DNA from: a virus
Virus record (IMG/VR): IMGVR_UViG_3300007735_000801
DNA: 64,000 bases
Strand: one strand, 5' to 3'
The notes beneath the pieces were generated by a model. That model ran no database searches. It saw only the letters and a program-made list of their open reading frames with translations, and had not been told where the DNA came from. The translations under genes were made by a program, and so were the position numbers. Positions 55,247 through 64,000 of this stretch are shown here, piece after piece (the stretch's first letter is position 1; each line of letters begins with the position of its first letter).

Positions 55247-55657
55247 ATGGAAACTGATGATAATGATATATTTGATGGGCTAGGTGTAGAAATTACACTC
55301 AAAAGCAAAGACGATTTTCTTAAGGTTCGAGAAACTCTAACTCGCATGGGAGTCTCGTCTAAAAAAGAAAAGAAATTATTTCAAAGTTGCCATATTCTGC
55401 ATAAGCGTGGCAGGTATGCTATTATGCACTTTAAAGAATTATTGGATTTGGATGGTCTGGAAACAGACATATCAGATTCTGATATTGGTCGTAGAAATGT
55501 TATAGTTAAACTTTTAGTGGAATGGGGTTTAGTAACGGCAGTAGATCCTGAGGAATACAAAGAACCTCAACTTTCTCTTGCTCAGCTAAAAATCATTCCA
55601 CATAAAGAAAAGAAAGATTGGGTTCTGGTTCCGAAATACCATATAGGAAATTCTTAA
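55247..55657 (+). CDS. regA: Translational repressor RegA
   Basis: DDFLKVRETLTRMGV, LFQSCHILHKRGRY.I.HFKEL..LDG, W.LVPKY.IG. Confidence 0.98.
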   Translation: METDDNDIFDGLGVEITLKSKDDFLKVRETLTRMGVSSKKEKKLFQSCHILHKRGRYAIMHFKELLDLDGLETDISDSDIGRRNVIVKLLVEWGLVTAVDPEEYKEPQLSLAQLKIIPHKEKKDWVLVPKYHIGNS

Positions 55658-55659
55658 TT

Positions 55660-56298
55660 ATGCAAACTGAAGTGATTAGTTTTTATAGTGATTTAGATGG
55701 ATCGACATATTACAGTGATCACGCAAAACGATTAAAAAACCAATTAGATCGTTTAGGTTTAAAGTCGGATATTCGTGAAAAGAAATCACTAGGATCTTAC
55801 CAAAAGAATTGTTTAAGTAAACCACAATTCATCTATTATATGTTAGTACAAAAACAACAACCAATTTTGTGGTTGGATGTAGATTCTGACGTAAGACAAT
55901 CATTAAATGTATTTGATTTGTTTCAAGACAATACTGATCTTGCGTTTTCTTGTTCTTTACCTAAATTATATGCAGCAAAAGCATCACCAATATATTTGGC
56001 GTTTAACAGTAAAGTGTTAGAGTTTTTACAACACTGGATACATGTTGCTAGAAATTTTGAAGAAACTGGTAAATGGTTTGATCATGAAGCCCTATTAGGA
56101 ATCATTAATAAGTTCTATACTCAAGAAGGATTTAGAATGAAGTTTGTTGGTCCTGAATATTGCGTTTGGCCTGGAGAAGAAGCAGCTAATTCTGTTATTG
56201 TTATGGGATTAGCTGATGTGGAATCTAAAAAACAATCTTTGCGTGAATTAGGTATTAATGAGGAAGCAATTGCATGGCAGAGTCCAGGAACAAAGTAA
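55660..56298 (+). CDS. GT-A fold glycosyltransferase-like protein
   Basis: KPQFI...ILWLDVDS (DxD), WFDHEAL; start ATG 55660. Confidence 0.7.
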   Translation: MQTEVISFYSDLDGSTYYSDHAKRLKNQLDRLGLKSDIREKKSLGSYQKNCLSKPQFIYYMLVQKQQPILWLDVDSDVRQSLNVFDLFQDNTDLAFSCSLPKLYAAKASPIYLAFNSKVLEFLQHWIHVARNFEETGKWFDHEALLGIINKFYTQEGFRMKFVGPEYCVWPGEEAANSVIVMGLADVESKKQSLRELGINEEAIAWQSPGTK

Positions 56299-57140
56299 GA
56301 GGAATTGGATTACCGTTTGACCCACAATACTCATCTTGCTCTAATATAAAACCAAAAGATTTTGATTGGGTTACTACAGCAGGCGATTGGGTTGTGCATA
56401 TAGACGAATGTCTATTAATGCAACCAGATAGTACTCCAAAAGAAAAACGTTTTGGGTGGGTATGCGAATCCAAGTATATCGTCCCTAATGTATATACATT
56501 TTTGACGCACAAACATAAAGAGATGTTTGAAGAATATTATACTAACATATTCACCTGTGATCAAGAATTATTAAATCTAGATGAACGATTTGTTTATTGT
56601 CCTAACGGAAGCAATTATCCTTGGGTGCCTAAAGAGAAATGGGAAGTATATAATAAAACTAAATTATGTTCAATGTTTTGTTCTCCCAAATTAATGACAG
56701 AAGGACATGTTCACAGGCATCAAATAGCAAGACTGGCACTGGATGCTAACATTAGTGTGTTTGGTGGAGTTCACGGAACCCAAAGAACAGTAACGGATCC
56801 TCGTAATCCATGGAATACTAAAATTGATGGTTTAAAAGACTATATGTTTAGTATTATTATGGAGAATGGAGTGTACGATTCATACTGGACGGAAAAGGTT
56901 ACAGATTGTTTTGCTACAGGAACTATACCAATTTACTGGGGATCCAAGAAATTACTTGACTTCTTCGAATCTGATGGTATAATTATGTTAGAGTCTGGGA
57001 AAGAACAAGAAATCATGGAATCATTAACCCCAGAACTTTACGAAAAAATGAAACCAAGTGTTGAGAATAATTTTCTTAAAGTTAAAGGGATGCAAATGGC
57101 AGATGATGTATTGTTTGAAAGAATCCAATGTTCACACTAG
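56274..57140 (+). CDS. GT10 (fucosyltransferase-like) glycosyltransferase
   Basis: K.DGLKDYMFSIIMEN...YWTEKVTDCFATGTIPIYWG. Confidence 0.85.
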   Translation: MAESRNKVRGIGLPFDPQYSSCSNIKPKDFDWVTTAGDWVVHIDECLLMQPDSTPKEKRFGWVCESKYIVPNVYTFLTHKHKEMFEEYYTNIFTCDQELLNLDERFVYCPNGSNYPWVPKEKWEVYNKTKLCSMFCSPKLMTEGHVHRHQIARLALDANISVFGGVHGTQRTVTDPRNPWNTKIDGLKDYMFSIIMENGVYDSYWTEKVTDCFATGTIPIYWGSKKLLDFFESDGIIMLESGKEQEIMESLTPELYEKMKPSVENNFLKVKGMQMADDVLFERIQCSH

Positions 57141-57904
57141 AAACCAGAGTAATAAGTAGAATTAAATCATCACGAAGACCTACAATACAGAAGCATCTTG
57201 AATCCAAAGATGTTTCTTTTTCGTTTTTTGATGCAGCAGATAAATTTAGCATTACAAGAAACGATTTAACCTTTAGTTATAAATGGCATAATATTTCTGT
57301 TAATACGGATAATAATTACGGAGATTCTTTTAATGGTAGAAAATGGGTAAATATTGGTGAGATCGGTTGTCTATTCAGTCATTATTCTTTATGGAAAGAA
57401 TTGGCAGAAAGCGAATACGATGCTACTTTGATTCTAGAAGATGATGCTAAATTGTTATTCACTGGAGAGCAATTAACAGAATTTACAAAAACTCAAAATC
57501 TTGATGGAATAGATTTGATATTTTGCCAAAGAAATTCACCAAACTTTGTTACAGGTAAACGAGCATTTGAACACCTAACTAATAAAATCGAAATATTGGC
57601 TACTACACAAGCATCCTTTTGGGAAATTTGTGAAGGAACTGCTGGTTATATCTTAACTAAAGCAGGAGCCAAGAAATTAATAGCACCAATCGAACAATTT
57701 GGTTTTTTGTTTCCAGCGGATAATCATATTCTTAGGTGTACACAAAAACCACCAATCGGTCTTGCTATTTTTGGAGGAATGAATGCATTCCTAACCACGA
57801 AAGAACTCCAAATAGAATTAAGTGAATATGCTAAGACAAGCGAAATTCATGATAAAAAAGAAGAAACTATAACCATGGTTGGTAATATAAAATTTAAAGA
57901 TTGA
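57128..57904 (+). CDS. GT25 glycosyltransferase
   Basis: RR, FFDAAD, GEIGCLFSHYSLW, ILEDD, GTAGYILTKAGAKKL, PAD. Confidence 0.9.
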   Translation: MFTLETRVISRIKSSRRPTIQKHLESKDVSFSFFDAADKFSITRNDLTFSYKWHNISVNTDNNYGDSFNGRKWVNIGEIGCLFSHYSLWKELAESEYDATLILEDDAKLLFTGEQLTEFTKTQNLDGIDLIFCQRNSPNFVTGKRAFEHLTNKIEILATTQASFWEICEGTAGYILTKAGAKKLIAPIEQFGFLFPADNHILRCTQKPPIGLAIFGGMNAFLTTKELQIELSEYAKTSEIHDKKEETITMVGNIKFKD

Positions 57905-57936
57905 ATTGTCGTATAGATAATAAGAGTGAATTTTTT

Positions 57937-58836
57937 ATGAATAAGCAAGTTTTATTATTGGGTGGTAACGGTTATATTGGTAGTAGATTATACGACCATT
58001 TATGTGATTTGAATTATGATGTAACTAATGTAGATCTTTGTTGGTTTGGAAAAATCCACAAGAATACTCACGAAGAGAATTATAATAATTTATCTAAAGA
58101 ATTTATCAATAAATTTTCTCATATTATTTTGTTAGCAGCACATTCTTCTGTTTCCATGTGCAGCCATTCTTTAATTCCTTGCTTTCAAAATAATGTTGTA
58201 AATTTTATTAAACTTATAGAAAAACTTAATGACGATCAGACACTATTGTATAGTAGCACTGCTGCAGTATACGGCAACAATAATAACTTAGTTGACGAGA
58301 CGTATCCATTAGCCAGTGGTATAAATTATTACGACTATACCAAAATTTGTAATGAAAATATTATAAACCTATACCCAAACAAGAATGTAATTGGGCTACG
58401 GTTTGGTTCTCTTGGTGGATTTTCTAAAAACTTCAGAGGAGAAAATCTATTAAATTCATTATCATTATCTTCGCTTAGAACCAAAAAGATCACTGTTTCT
58501 AATCCTGATAAATTTAGGTCAGTTCTTGGCATGAATGATTTGTGCAGGGTATTTTCTAATATCTTGAATAGCGACAATATCAAAAACAAAGTATACAATA
58601 TCACATCAATCAATTCAAAGATTATCCAATTTGCAGAAACAATTCAGAATTTGAGTAAATGTGAGTTAGTCGTGAATGATTCTTTTCCAACAAATTATAG
58701 TTTTAATTGTGATAATTCTTTATTTGAAAAGGATTATAACTTTAAATTTCAAGACACTGTAGAAACCATTTACAACGACATAATAAATAATGCTGATAAT
58801 ATAATCAGTAATGTCAAAAGAGAAAGCAGAGAATAA
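57937..58836 (+). CDS. NAD-dependent epimerase/dehydratase (extended SDR)
   Basis: GGNGYIGS, SSTAAVYG, YDYTK (YxxxK), GLRFGS. Confidence 0.9.
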   Translation: MNKQVLLLGGNGYIGSRLYDHLCDLNYDVTNVDLCWFGKIHKNTHEENYNNLSKEFINKFSHIILLAAHSSVSMCSHSLIPCFQNNVVNFIKLIEKLNDDQTLLYSSTAAVYGNNNNLVDETYPLASGINYYDYTKICNENIINLYPNKNVIGLRFGSLGGFSKNFRGENLLNSLSLSSLRTKKITVSNPDKFRSVLGMNDLCRVFSNILNSDNIKNKVYNITSINSKIIQFAETIQNLSKCELVVNDSFPTNYSFNCDNSLFEKDYNFKFQDTVETIYNDIINNADNIISNVKRESRE

Positions 58837-58837
58837 A

Positions 58838-60061
58838 ATGTTAAAAAGTGATTGCAGAAGTTGTGGTAATATTAATCTAAAATCTATAGTTTCTTTAGGT
58901 CTTTCCCCTTTAGCAAACAATCTATTAAACGATATTAATGATACTGATAATCTATATCCATTGGATGTAGTGTATTGCGATAAGTGTCATAATTCTCAGC
59001 TTTCGTATGTGATTCCTCCAGAACAACTATTTGATACTTATTTGTATGTGTCTTCTACAACCAAGACATTTAGGGATCATTTTAGAAATGCAGCAGAAAC
59101 GTATATTAAAGAATTTAATCTGAATTCAGATTCAGTTGTTGTTGATATTGGCAGCAATGATGGTGTTGGATTGGTCGGATTTAAAGAAGCAAATGTAAAG
59201 GTAGTTGGAGTAGACCCTGCAGTAAATCTTGCCAAACTTGCCAACGATAATGGTATTGAAACCATCAATTCTTATTTTGATACAGATACTGCTGAAAAAA
59301 TTATTAACAAGTTTGGGAAGGTAGATCTAGTTACCGCATCTAATGTTTTTGCACATTCAGATGTAGTTAAAGAGATTACCAGAAATGTATTCAGTATGCT
59401 CAAGGACGATGGTTGCTTTATCATTGAAGTTCAGTATCTATTGGACACTATTAAAGATGTTACTTTTGATAACATATACCACGAACATGTTAGTTATTGG
59501 TCGGTAACTTCTCTCAGTAATTTCTTTAATAGTTTTGGTTATTCTGTTGTAAAGGCACAACACATCGACACCCATGGTGGATCTATTAGAGTATACGTAA
59601 AACGACAAAATTCAAACGTAGATGCTAGCGTTGATAAGTTCTTAACGGAAGAAAAGAATTTTGGTATACTGAATGGTGAAGTATATAATCAATTCTTTGA
59701 AAATATTAAAACTATAAAGAAAAATATCAATATCAATCTTCATGCGTTAAAGGAAAAGGGATTAAAGATTATTGGTTACGGATCTCCAGCAAAGGCAACA
59801 ACAGCATTAAACTATTTTGGAGTTGGCACAAACTATATTGATTATATTGTTGAAGACAATAAACTAAAGCATAATAAAATTTTGCCTGGTGTAAAGATTC
59901 CTATTTTTCCAAAAGATAAAATAAAGGAAGATAAACCAGATGTTATTGTGATTATGGCTTGGAATTTTGCAGAAGAAATCAAACGAAACAACAAAGAGTT
60001 GATTGATTCTGGAATTAGATTCATTAGTATCAAAGATCTTCAGAGCGAGAATTTCCAATAA
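58838..60061 (+). CDS. NDP-sugar C-methyltransferase (Zn-binding N-terminus, SAM domain)
   Basis: CRSC...PLAN...CDKC, DIGSNDG, IYHEH, HGGSIR, GYGSPAKA..LNY, MAWNFAEEI. Confidence 0.92.
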   Translation: MLKSDCRSCGNINLKSIVSLGLSPLANNLLNDINDTDNLYPLDVVYCDKCHNSQLSYVIPPEQLFDTYLYVSSTTKTFRDHFRNAAETYIKEFNLNSDSVVVDIGSNDGVGLVGFKEANVKVVGVDPAVNLAKLANDNGIETINSYFDTDTAEKIINKFGKVDLVTASNVFAHSDVVKEITRNVFSMLKDDGCFIIEVQYLLDTIKDVTFDNIYHEHVSYWSVTSLSNFFNSFGYSVVKAQHIDTHGGSIRVYVKRQNSNVDASVDKFLTEEKNFGILNGEVYNQFFENIKTIKKNININLHALKEKGLKIIGYGSPAKATTALNYFGVGTNYIDYIVEDNKLKHNKILPGVKIPIFPKDKIKEDKPDVIVIMAWNFAEEIKRNNKELIDSGIRFISIKDLQSENFQ

Positions 60062-60745
60062 ATGAAAATCTCTATTGCGGTTCCAACATACGAATGCCAC
60101 GGAATGGGTTGGTTATTCATTTCAGAATTATTGAATAGTATCAAGAAACAAGATTATTCAGATTACGAAGTAGTAATAAGTGATCAGAGTACTGATGATA
60201 TAACCAAGAATTTAGTAGAAATGTATTCAAAACACATGAATATACTATACGTAGATTCTACACATTTAACCAGAAAAATAGGATCTAATCTTAATAATGC
60301 AATCAAGCATTGTACTGGCGATCTAATAAAACCAATGTGTGCTGATGATTTTTTTATAGACAATAATGCTCTTACCAAGATTGTAAAAAAGTTCTATGAA
60401 AATACAGACAAGACTTGGTTGGTTAGTGGATGTGTTCATTGCCAATCAATTCATTTTCTTTATCAAAAAATGATACCTTATTATCAACATAAAATTCATC
60501 ATGGGGCTAATACTATTAGTTCACCAAGCGTATTAACGATGAAAACTAAAGAATATTTTGATGAAAAATTATCACTATTAATTGATTGTGAAATGTACAA
60601 GAGGTTATACACAAAATATAATCTTCCAATGATCATCGAGGAACCTTTAATTTGTAATCGTATGCACGATAAACAAATGCAAAACAAAGATTCAGATCTT
60701 TTACAACCAGAAAAAGCATACTGTATTGGTATTTACGGAGAATAA
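60062..60745 (+). CDS. GT2 glycosyltransferase
   Basis: ISIAVPTYE, EVVISDQSTD, NLNNAI...GDLIKPMCADD, ISSPS. Confidence 0.88.
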   Translation: MKISIAVPTYECHGMGWLFISELLNSIKKQDYSDYEVVISDQSTDDITKNLVEMYSKHMNILYVDSTHLTRKIGSNLNNAIKHCTGDLIKPMCADDFFIDNNALTKIVKKFYENTDKTWLVSGCVHCQSIHFLYQKMIPYYQHKIHHGANTISSPSVLTMKTKEYFDEKLSLLIDCEMYKRLYTKYNLPMIIEEPLICNRMHDKQMQNKDSDLLQPEKAYCIGIYGE

Positions 60746-60746
60746 T

Positions 60747-61571
60747 ATGAGTAGAGTATGCGTATTAGTTGTGAGTCATAATTATCCAGAATTAACCGAT
60801 TCTTTATGTGAATCCATTATTCAACGAACCAAAGGTGTTGATTATGATCTGCACGTAATTGAGACTGGTTCACAGATAAACAATTGTTCCAAGTATGCTA
60901 CATTGTGGGTATCTGACGGTTGCAGAATGACCAGAGGTTTTAATTTATTAAAATCGTATGCAGACTCTGTTCTTAAATATAAAACTGGTGAAAAGTATGA
61001 TGCCTATATGTTGTTTGTGAATGATGCTAAATTCATAGACGATAAAGATCTAGTAACTATACTATACAACGAAATGGCATCTTTGCCTGATTGTGGTCAA
61101 ATTAGTCCATACCAATCTAACATCTATGCACCACATAAACGATTAGGTAAAATGACAGATTCAGAAACAAGAAAAGAAAGTTTTTCAGAAATTATCTGTC
61201 CCATGATTTCCGCAAAGGCATGGGATGCTTGTGGAGATAATTTTTTAGATAACATATTCTTTTATGGATGGGGTCTTGATTATGATATGCCATACCAATT
61301 ACACAATGCTGGATACAGGACATATATAACAGATAAGATTGGCATTTTTCATGATCCGTTTACATCATACAAGAACAAAGAAAAAACAAAGCAAACTATG
61401 GACGGCAGTCAGTTTATTCAATTAGCAAGAGTGAATATGCACGAAGGATTTAATAAAAAATATGGAGCAGGTTGGATGCAGCAATTGATGAATGCGATTC
61501 CTGCAGATGTTTCTAAAGAAGCCTTATATCTTTGGTTGTCTATGAATGATGGATTTAGAGGTACTCTGTGA
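60747..61571 (+). CDS. GT2-like glycosyltransferase
   Basis: VLVVSHN.PELTD, VIETGS, FVND, YGWGLDYD. Confidence 0.75.
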   Translation: MSRVCVLVVSHNYPELTDSLCESIIQRTKGVDYDLHVIETGSQINNCSKYATLWVSDGCRMTRGFNLLKSYADSVLKYKTGEKYDAYMLFVNDAKFIDDKDLVTILYNEMASLPDCGQISPYQSNIYAPHKRLGKMTDSETRKESFSEIICPMISAKAWDACGDNFLDNIFFYGWGLDYDMPYQLHNAGYRTYITDKIGIFHDPFTSYKNKEKTKQTMDGSQFIQLARVNMHEGFNKKYGAGWMQQLMNAIPADVSKEALYLWLSMNDGFRGTL

Positions 61572-62179
61572 TTAATACTATATTATTTGATCTTGATGGA
61601 GTATTGGTAGATGCATGTGATTGGCATTATCATTCCTTAAATCATGCTCTTTCTTCGTTTGGGCATTCCCCAATCAATAAAGAAGACCACATGTCCACAT
61701 ATAACGGTCTTCCTACTCATGTAAAATTAGGTATGCTTGGTATTGCAGAAGATCAGGCAAAGAAAATTAATGCGGCAAAACAAGACTTTACCTTGGATGT
61801 GATTAGGAAAACTGCAAAAATAATGTCAGAGAAAATAGAATTACACAAATATTTAAAATCTAATAATATTCGAATTGGCTGTGTTACTAATTCTATTCGC
61901 AAAACTGCAGAAGAGATGTTATCCAAAACAGGTCAATTAGAATTTATGGACATACTCATAACAAATGAAGATGTATCAAGAAATAAGCCTTACCCAGATT
62001 GTTATAATTTAGCAATAGATAAATTAGATGCAATTGGTTCTGAGGTATTATGTGTCGAAGATTCTGAAAAAGGAATCAAAGCTGCCAAAGCTTCCGCAGC
62101 TAAACATTTACTAATCGTTGAAGACTCTAGCAAAGTCAATCTACATACACTAGTTACTTTTTTAAAGGATTCAATATAA
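61568..62179 (+). CDS. HAD-superfamily phosphatase
   Basis: FDLDGVLVD, VTNS, KPYPD, VEDS..G. Confidence 0.92.
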   Translation: MINTILFDLDGVLVDACDWHYHSLNHALSSFGHSPINKEDHMSTYNGLPTHVKLGMLGIAEDQAKKINAAKQDFTLDVIRKTAKIMSEKIELHKYLKSNNIRIGCVTNSIRKTAEEMLSKTGQLEFMDILITNEDVSRNKPYPDCYNLAIDKLDAIGSEVLCVEDSEKGIKAAKASAAKHLLIVEDSSKVNLHTLVTFLKDSI

Positions 62180-62739
62180 TGCAAAACCTAGATTCGTATA
62201 TTTCACATTTAAATTTTAAAGCACAGATTGGACAGGACAAAATCGTATTAGACATTTTGGGTCCAAAATACAATGGCACCTTTGTTGATATTGGTTGTTC
62301 TGAACCACTAAGCATAAGTAATACTTTTCTTTTTGAAGCAACATTCAATTGGACTGGTATTGGAGTTGATATTCAAGATTATGTGGGAGATGGAGGAGAA
62401 ACTTGGAAATCTCACAGACCACAAACCAAGCATGTCTTGGCTGATGCTTTGGCTATTGATTATGCCAAGTTGTTCGAAGAAAATAATATGCCAGAAACTA
62501 TTGATTATTTGTCTTTAGATTTGGAACCGCCTGATTTGACTCTGGAATGCTTGATGAAGATTCCTTTCGATAAGTATAAATTCAATGTTATAACATTTGA
62601 AACTGATGAGTATCGAGAGGGTGGTCAACGAAGAGTTGATGTAAGTAGATCTCATATGGAAAAATATGATTATAAATTGCTTGGTTGCGTAAATCGCCAA
62701 GATGATGTTTACGTACATAATAGTTTTAAAAAGGCTTAA
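62179..62739 (+). CDS. FkbM-like methyltransferase
   Basis: AQIGQD, GTFVDIG, SNTFLFE..FNWTG, IDYLSLD.E, F.VITFE. Confidence 0.82.
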   Translation: MQNLDSYISHLNFKAQIGQDKIVLDILGPKYNGTFVDIGCSEPLSISNTFLFEATFNWTGIGVDIQDYVGDGGETWKSHRPQTKHVLADALAIDYAKLFEENNMPETIDYLSLDLEPPDLTLECLMKIPFDKYKFNVITFETDEYREGGQRRVDVSRSHMEKYDYKLLGCVNRQDDVYVHNSFKKA

Positions 62740-62740
62740 A

Positions 62741-63454
62741 ATGAAAATATTGATTCCCATGGCTGGGGAAGGAAGCAGATTTGCCAAAGAGGGCTACACT
62801 TTTCCTAAGCCTTTAATTGATGTTGACGGCAAACCGATGATTCAGGTTGTTGTGGAAAATTTAGATTTTGATGCCACATATATTTTCTTGGTTCGTAAAG
62901 AACATTTAGAAAAATATAGTGGTCTCAGAACTACATTAGACCGAATCACTAACGGCAAATTTCAGATTGTGGAAGTAGATGGTTTAACTGAAGGTGCAGC
63001 CTGTACTGCACTATTAGCTAAACATTTAATAAACGACGACGAAGAATTGTTAATTGCTAATTCTGATCAGGTATTAGAATATTCTATAGAGAATTTTAAA
63101 TTACTAAAATCATTAACCCCAGCCGAAGGTATCGTATTTACATTTAATGCCGTTCATCCTAAATGGTCTTTTGTTAGAGTTAATTCTCGTGGTATTATTA
63201 CGGAACTACAAGAAAAGAATCCAATCTCAAATATTGCAACTTGCGGTATTTATTGGTATAAAAAGGGATCAGAGTTTGTTAAATATGCAGAACAAATGAT
63301 CGATAAAAATATTAGAGTAAACAATGAGTTTTATATTGCTCCTGTATACAATGAATATGTTGCTGATAGGAAAATGCTTATTCCCTTTTATGTAGACAAG
63401 ATGCACGGAATTGGTACTCCCGAAGACCTTAATACCTACCTTAAACAAAAATGA
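62741..63454 (+). CDS. Nucleotidyltransferase-fold protein (BcbE-like)
   Basis: ILIPMAGEGSRF...YTFPKPLI, TEGAACTAL, IANSDQ, NEFYIAPVYN, GTPEDL. Confidence 0.88.
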   Translation: MKILIPMAGEGSRFAKEGYTFPKPLIDVDGKPMIQVVVENLDFDATYIFLVRKEHLEKYSGLRTTLDRITNGKFQIVEVDGLTEGAACTALLAKHLINDDEELLIANSDQVLEYSIENFKLLKSLTPAEGIVFTFNAVHPKWSFVRVNSRGIITELQEKNPISNIATCGIYWYKKGSEFVKYAEQMIDKNIRVNNEFYIAPVYNEYVADRKMLIPFYVDKMHGIGTPEDLNTYLKQK

Positions 63455-63762
63455 ATATTAAAGATTTTACTAAAGGTTGGTTGGTTGGTGATTTTTCTCC
63501 ATGTTTATTTAATAATAAAGATATAGAGATTGGTGTTAAGTATTATAAAAAGGGTGATAAAGATGAAAATCATTATCATAAAATAGCCACAGAATATACC
63601 GTTGTAATTTCTGGAGAAGTAAAAATGCAAAATAAAACATTTTCTTCTGGAGATATTATAATAATTGAACCAAATTTAGAGAATCAATTTGACTGTTTGG
63701 AAGATGCGTGTATACTTGTTATTAAGACACCATCTGTAGTCGGAGATAAATATATTAACTGA
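63451..63762 (+). CDS. Cupin-domain protein
   Basis: KGWLVGDF, HYHKIATEYT, KTPSV.GDKY. Confidence 0.85.
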   Translation: MNIKDFTKGWLVGDFSPCLFNNKDIEIGVKYYKKGDKDENHYHKIATEYTVVISGEVKMQNKTFSSGDIIIIEPNLENQFDCLEDACILVIKTPSVVGDKYIN

Positions 63763-63773
63763 GAGAATTTTTT

Positions 63774-64000
63774 ATGATGCCAAAAACTGGAATTGCACTT
63801 TTAAATTATAATTTACCAAATGAGACTGATTTTGTTTATGAAAATTTAGTAAAGAATTTAACTAAAACTAATTACGAAATTTGTGTGGTAGATAATGCTT
63901 CAGACAAAGCTCCTCCCTCTAAGTATACAACAATCAAAAGTATTGTCAATACCAGAACAATGGGAGCCATATTGCTTGGAGCACATTATTTTAATCGAAA
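63774..64000 (+). CDS. GT2-like glycosyltransferase (partial; runs off right edge)
   Basis: MMPKTGIALLNYNLPNETD...ICVVDNASD, similar to the N-terminus of 60747..61571. Confidence 0.7.
   Translation, partial: MMPKTGIALLNYNLPNETDFVYENLVKNLTKTNYEICVVDNASDKAPPSKYTTIKSIVNTRTMGAILLGAHYFNR

Noticed and set aside
1-64000. Alternative genetic code or stop-codon reassignment explaining the split genes
   Set aside because: Conserved core genes are full length in code 11. The split hub and gp8 halves end in TAA, and the following genes have their own RBS/ATG.
1-64000. tRNA, rRNA or structured ncRNA genes
   Set aside because: Intergenic gaps are short and AT-rich; no cloverleaf or T-loop motif was seen by eye (a covariance-model scan would be needed to exclude them)

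Overview
A 64-kb, AT-rich, gene-dense segment of a T4-like myovirus (uncultured, cyanophage/pelagiphage-style gene order). It carries gp33-gp32, a baseplate/tail block (gp26-51, gp54, gp4, gp48, gp53, split hub, gp25, gp6, gp7, gp8) and a run of fibre-like genes. These are followed by neck, terminase, sheath, tube, portal, protease, scaffold and capsid genes (gp13-gp23), then gp3-uvsY-uvsW, gp55-47-46, rnh and gp45-44-62-regA. Where gp43 normally sits, there is instead a cluster of at least 11 glycan-biosynthesis genes running off the right end. Late promoters (TATAAATA), three sigma70-type promoters and two intrinsic terminators are visible. I saw no tRNA, rRNA, CRISPR array, intron, intein or mobile element. 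The most interesting signal is a candidate virion-glycosylation system: virion-exposed proteins and loops are strongly enriched in a G-x-T motif (including GPT collagen repeats), and the glycosyltransferase/sugar-methylation cluster lies downstream of a perfect late promoter. Other oddities are a four-gene array of collagen/Cys-rich (G-A/S-C-C) fibres with different C-terminal payloads (GH56-like, DUF1566), an RCC1 propeller inserted in gp53, and a gp26-gp51 fusion across a slippery T10 run. There is also no gp5 spike at its usual place, and a near-consensus antisense sigma70 promoter overlaps the gp55 start codon. All family assignments come from motif recognition and synteny, not from database searches.
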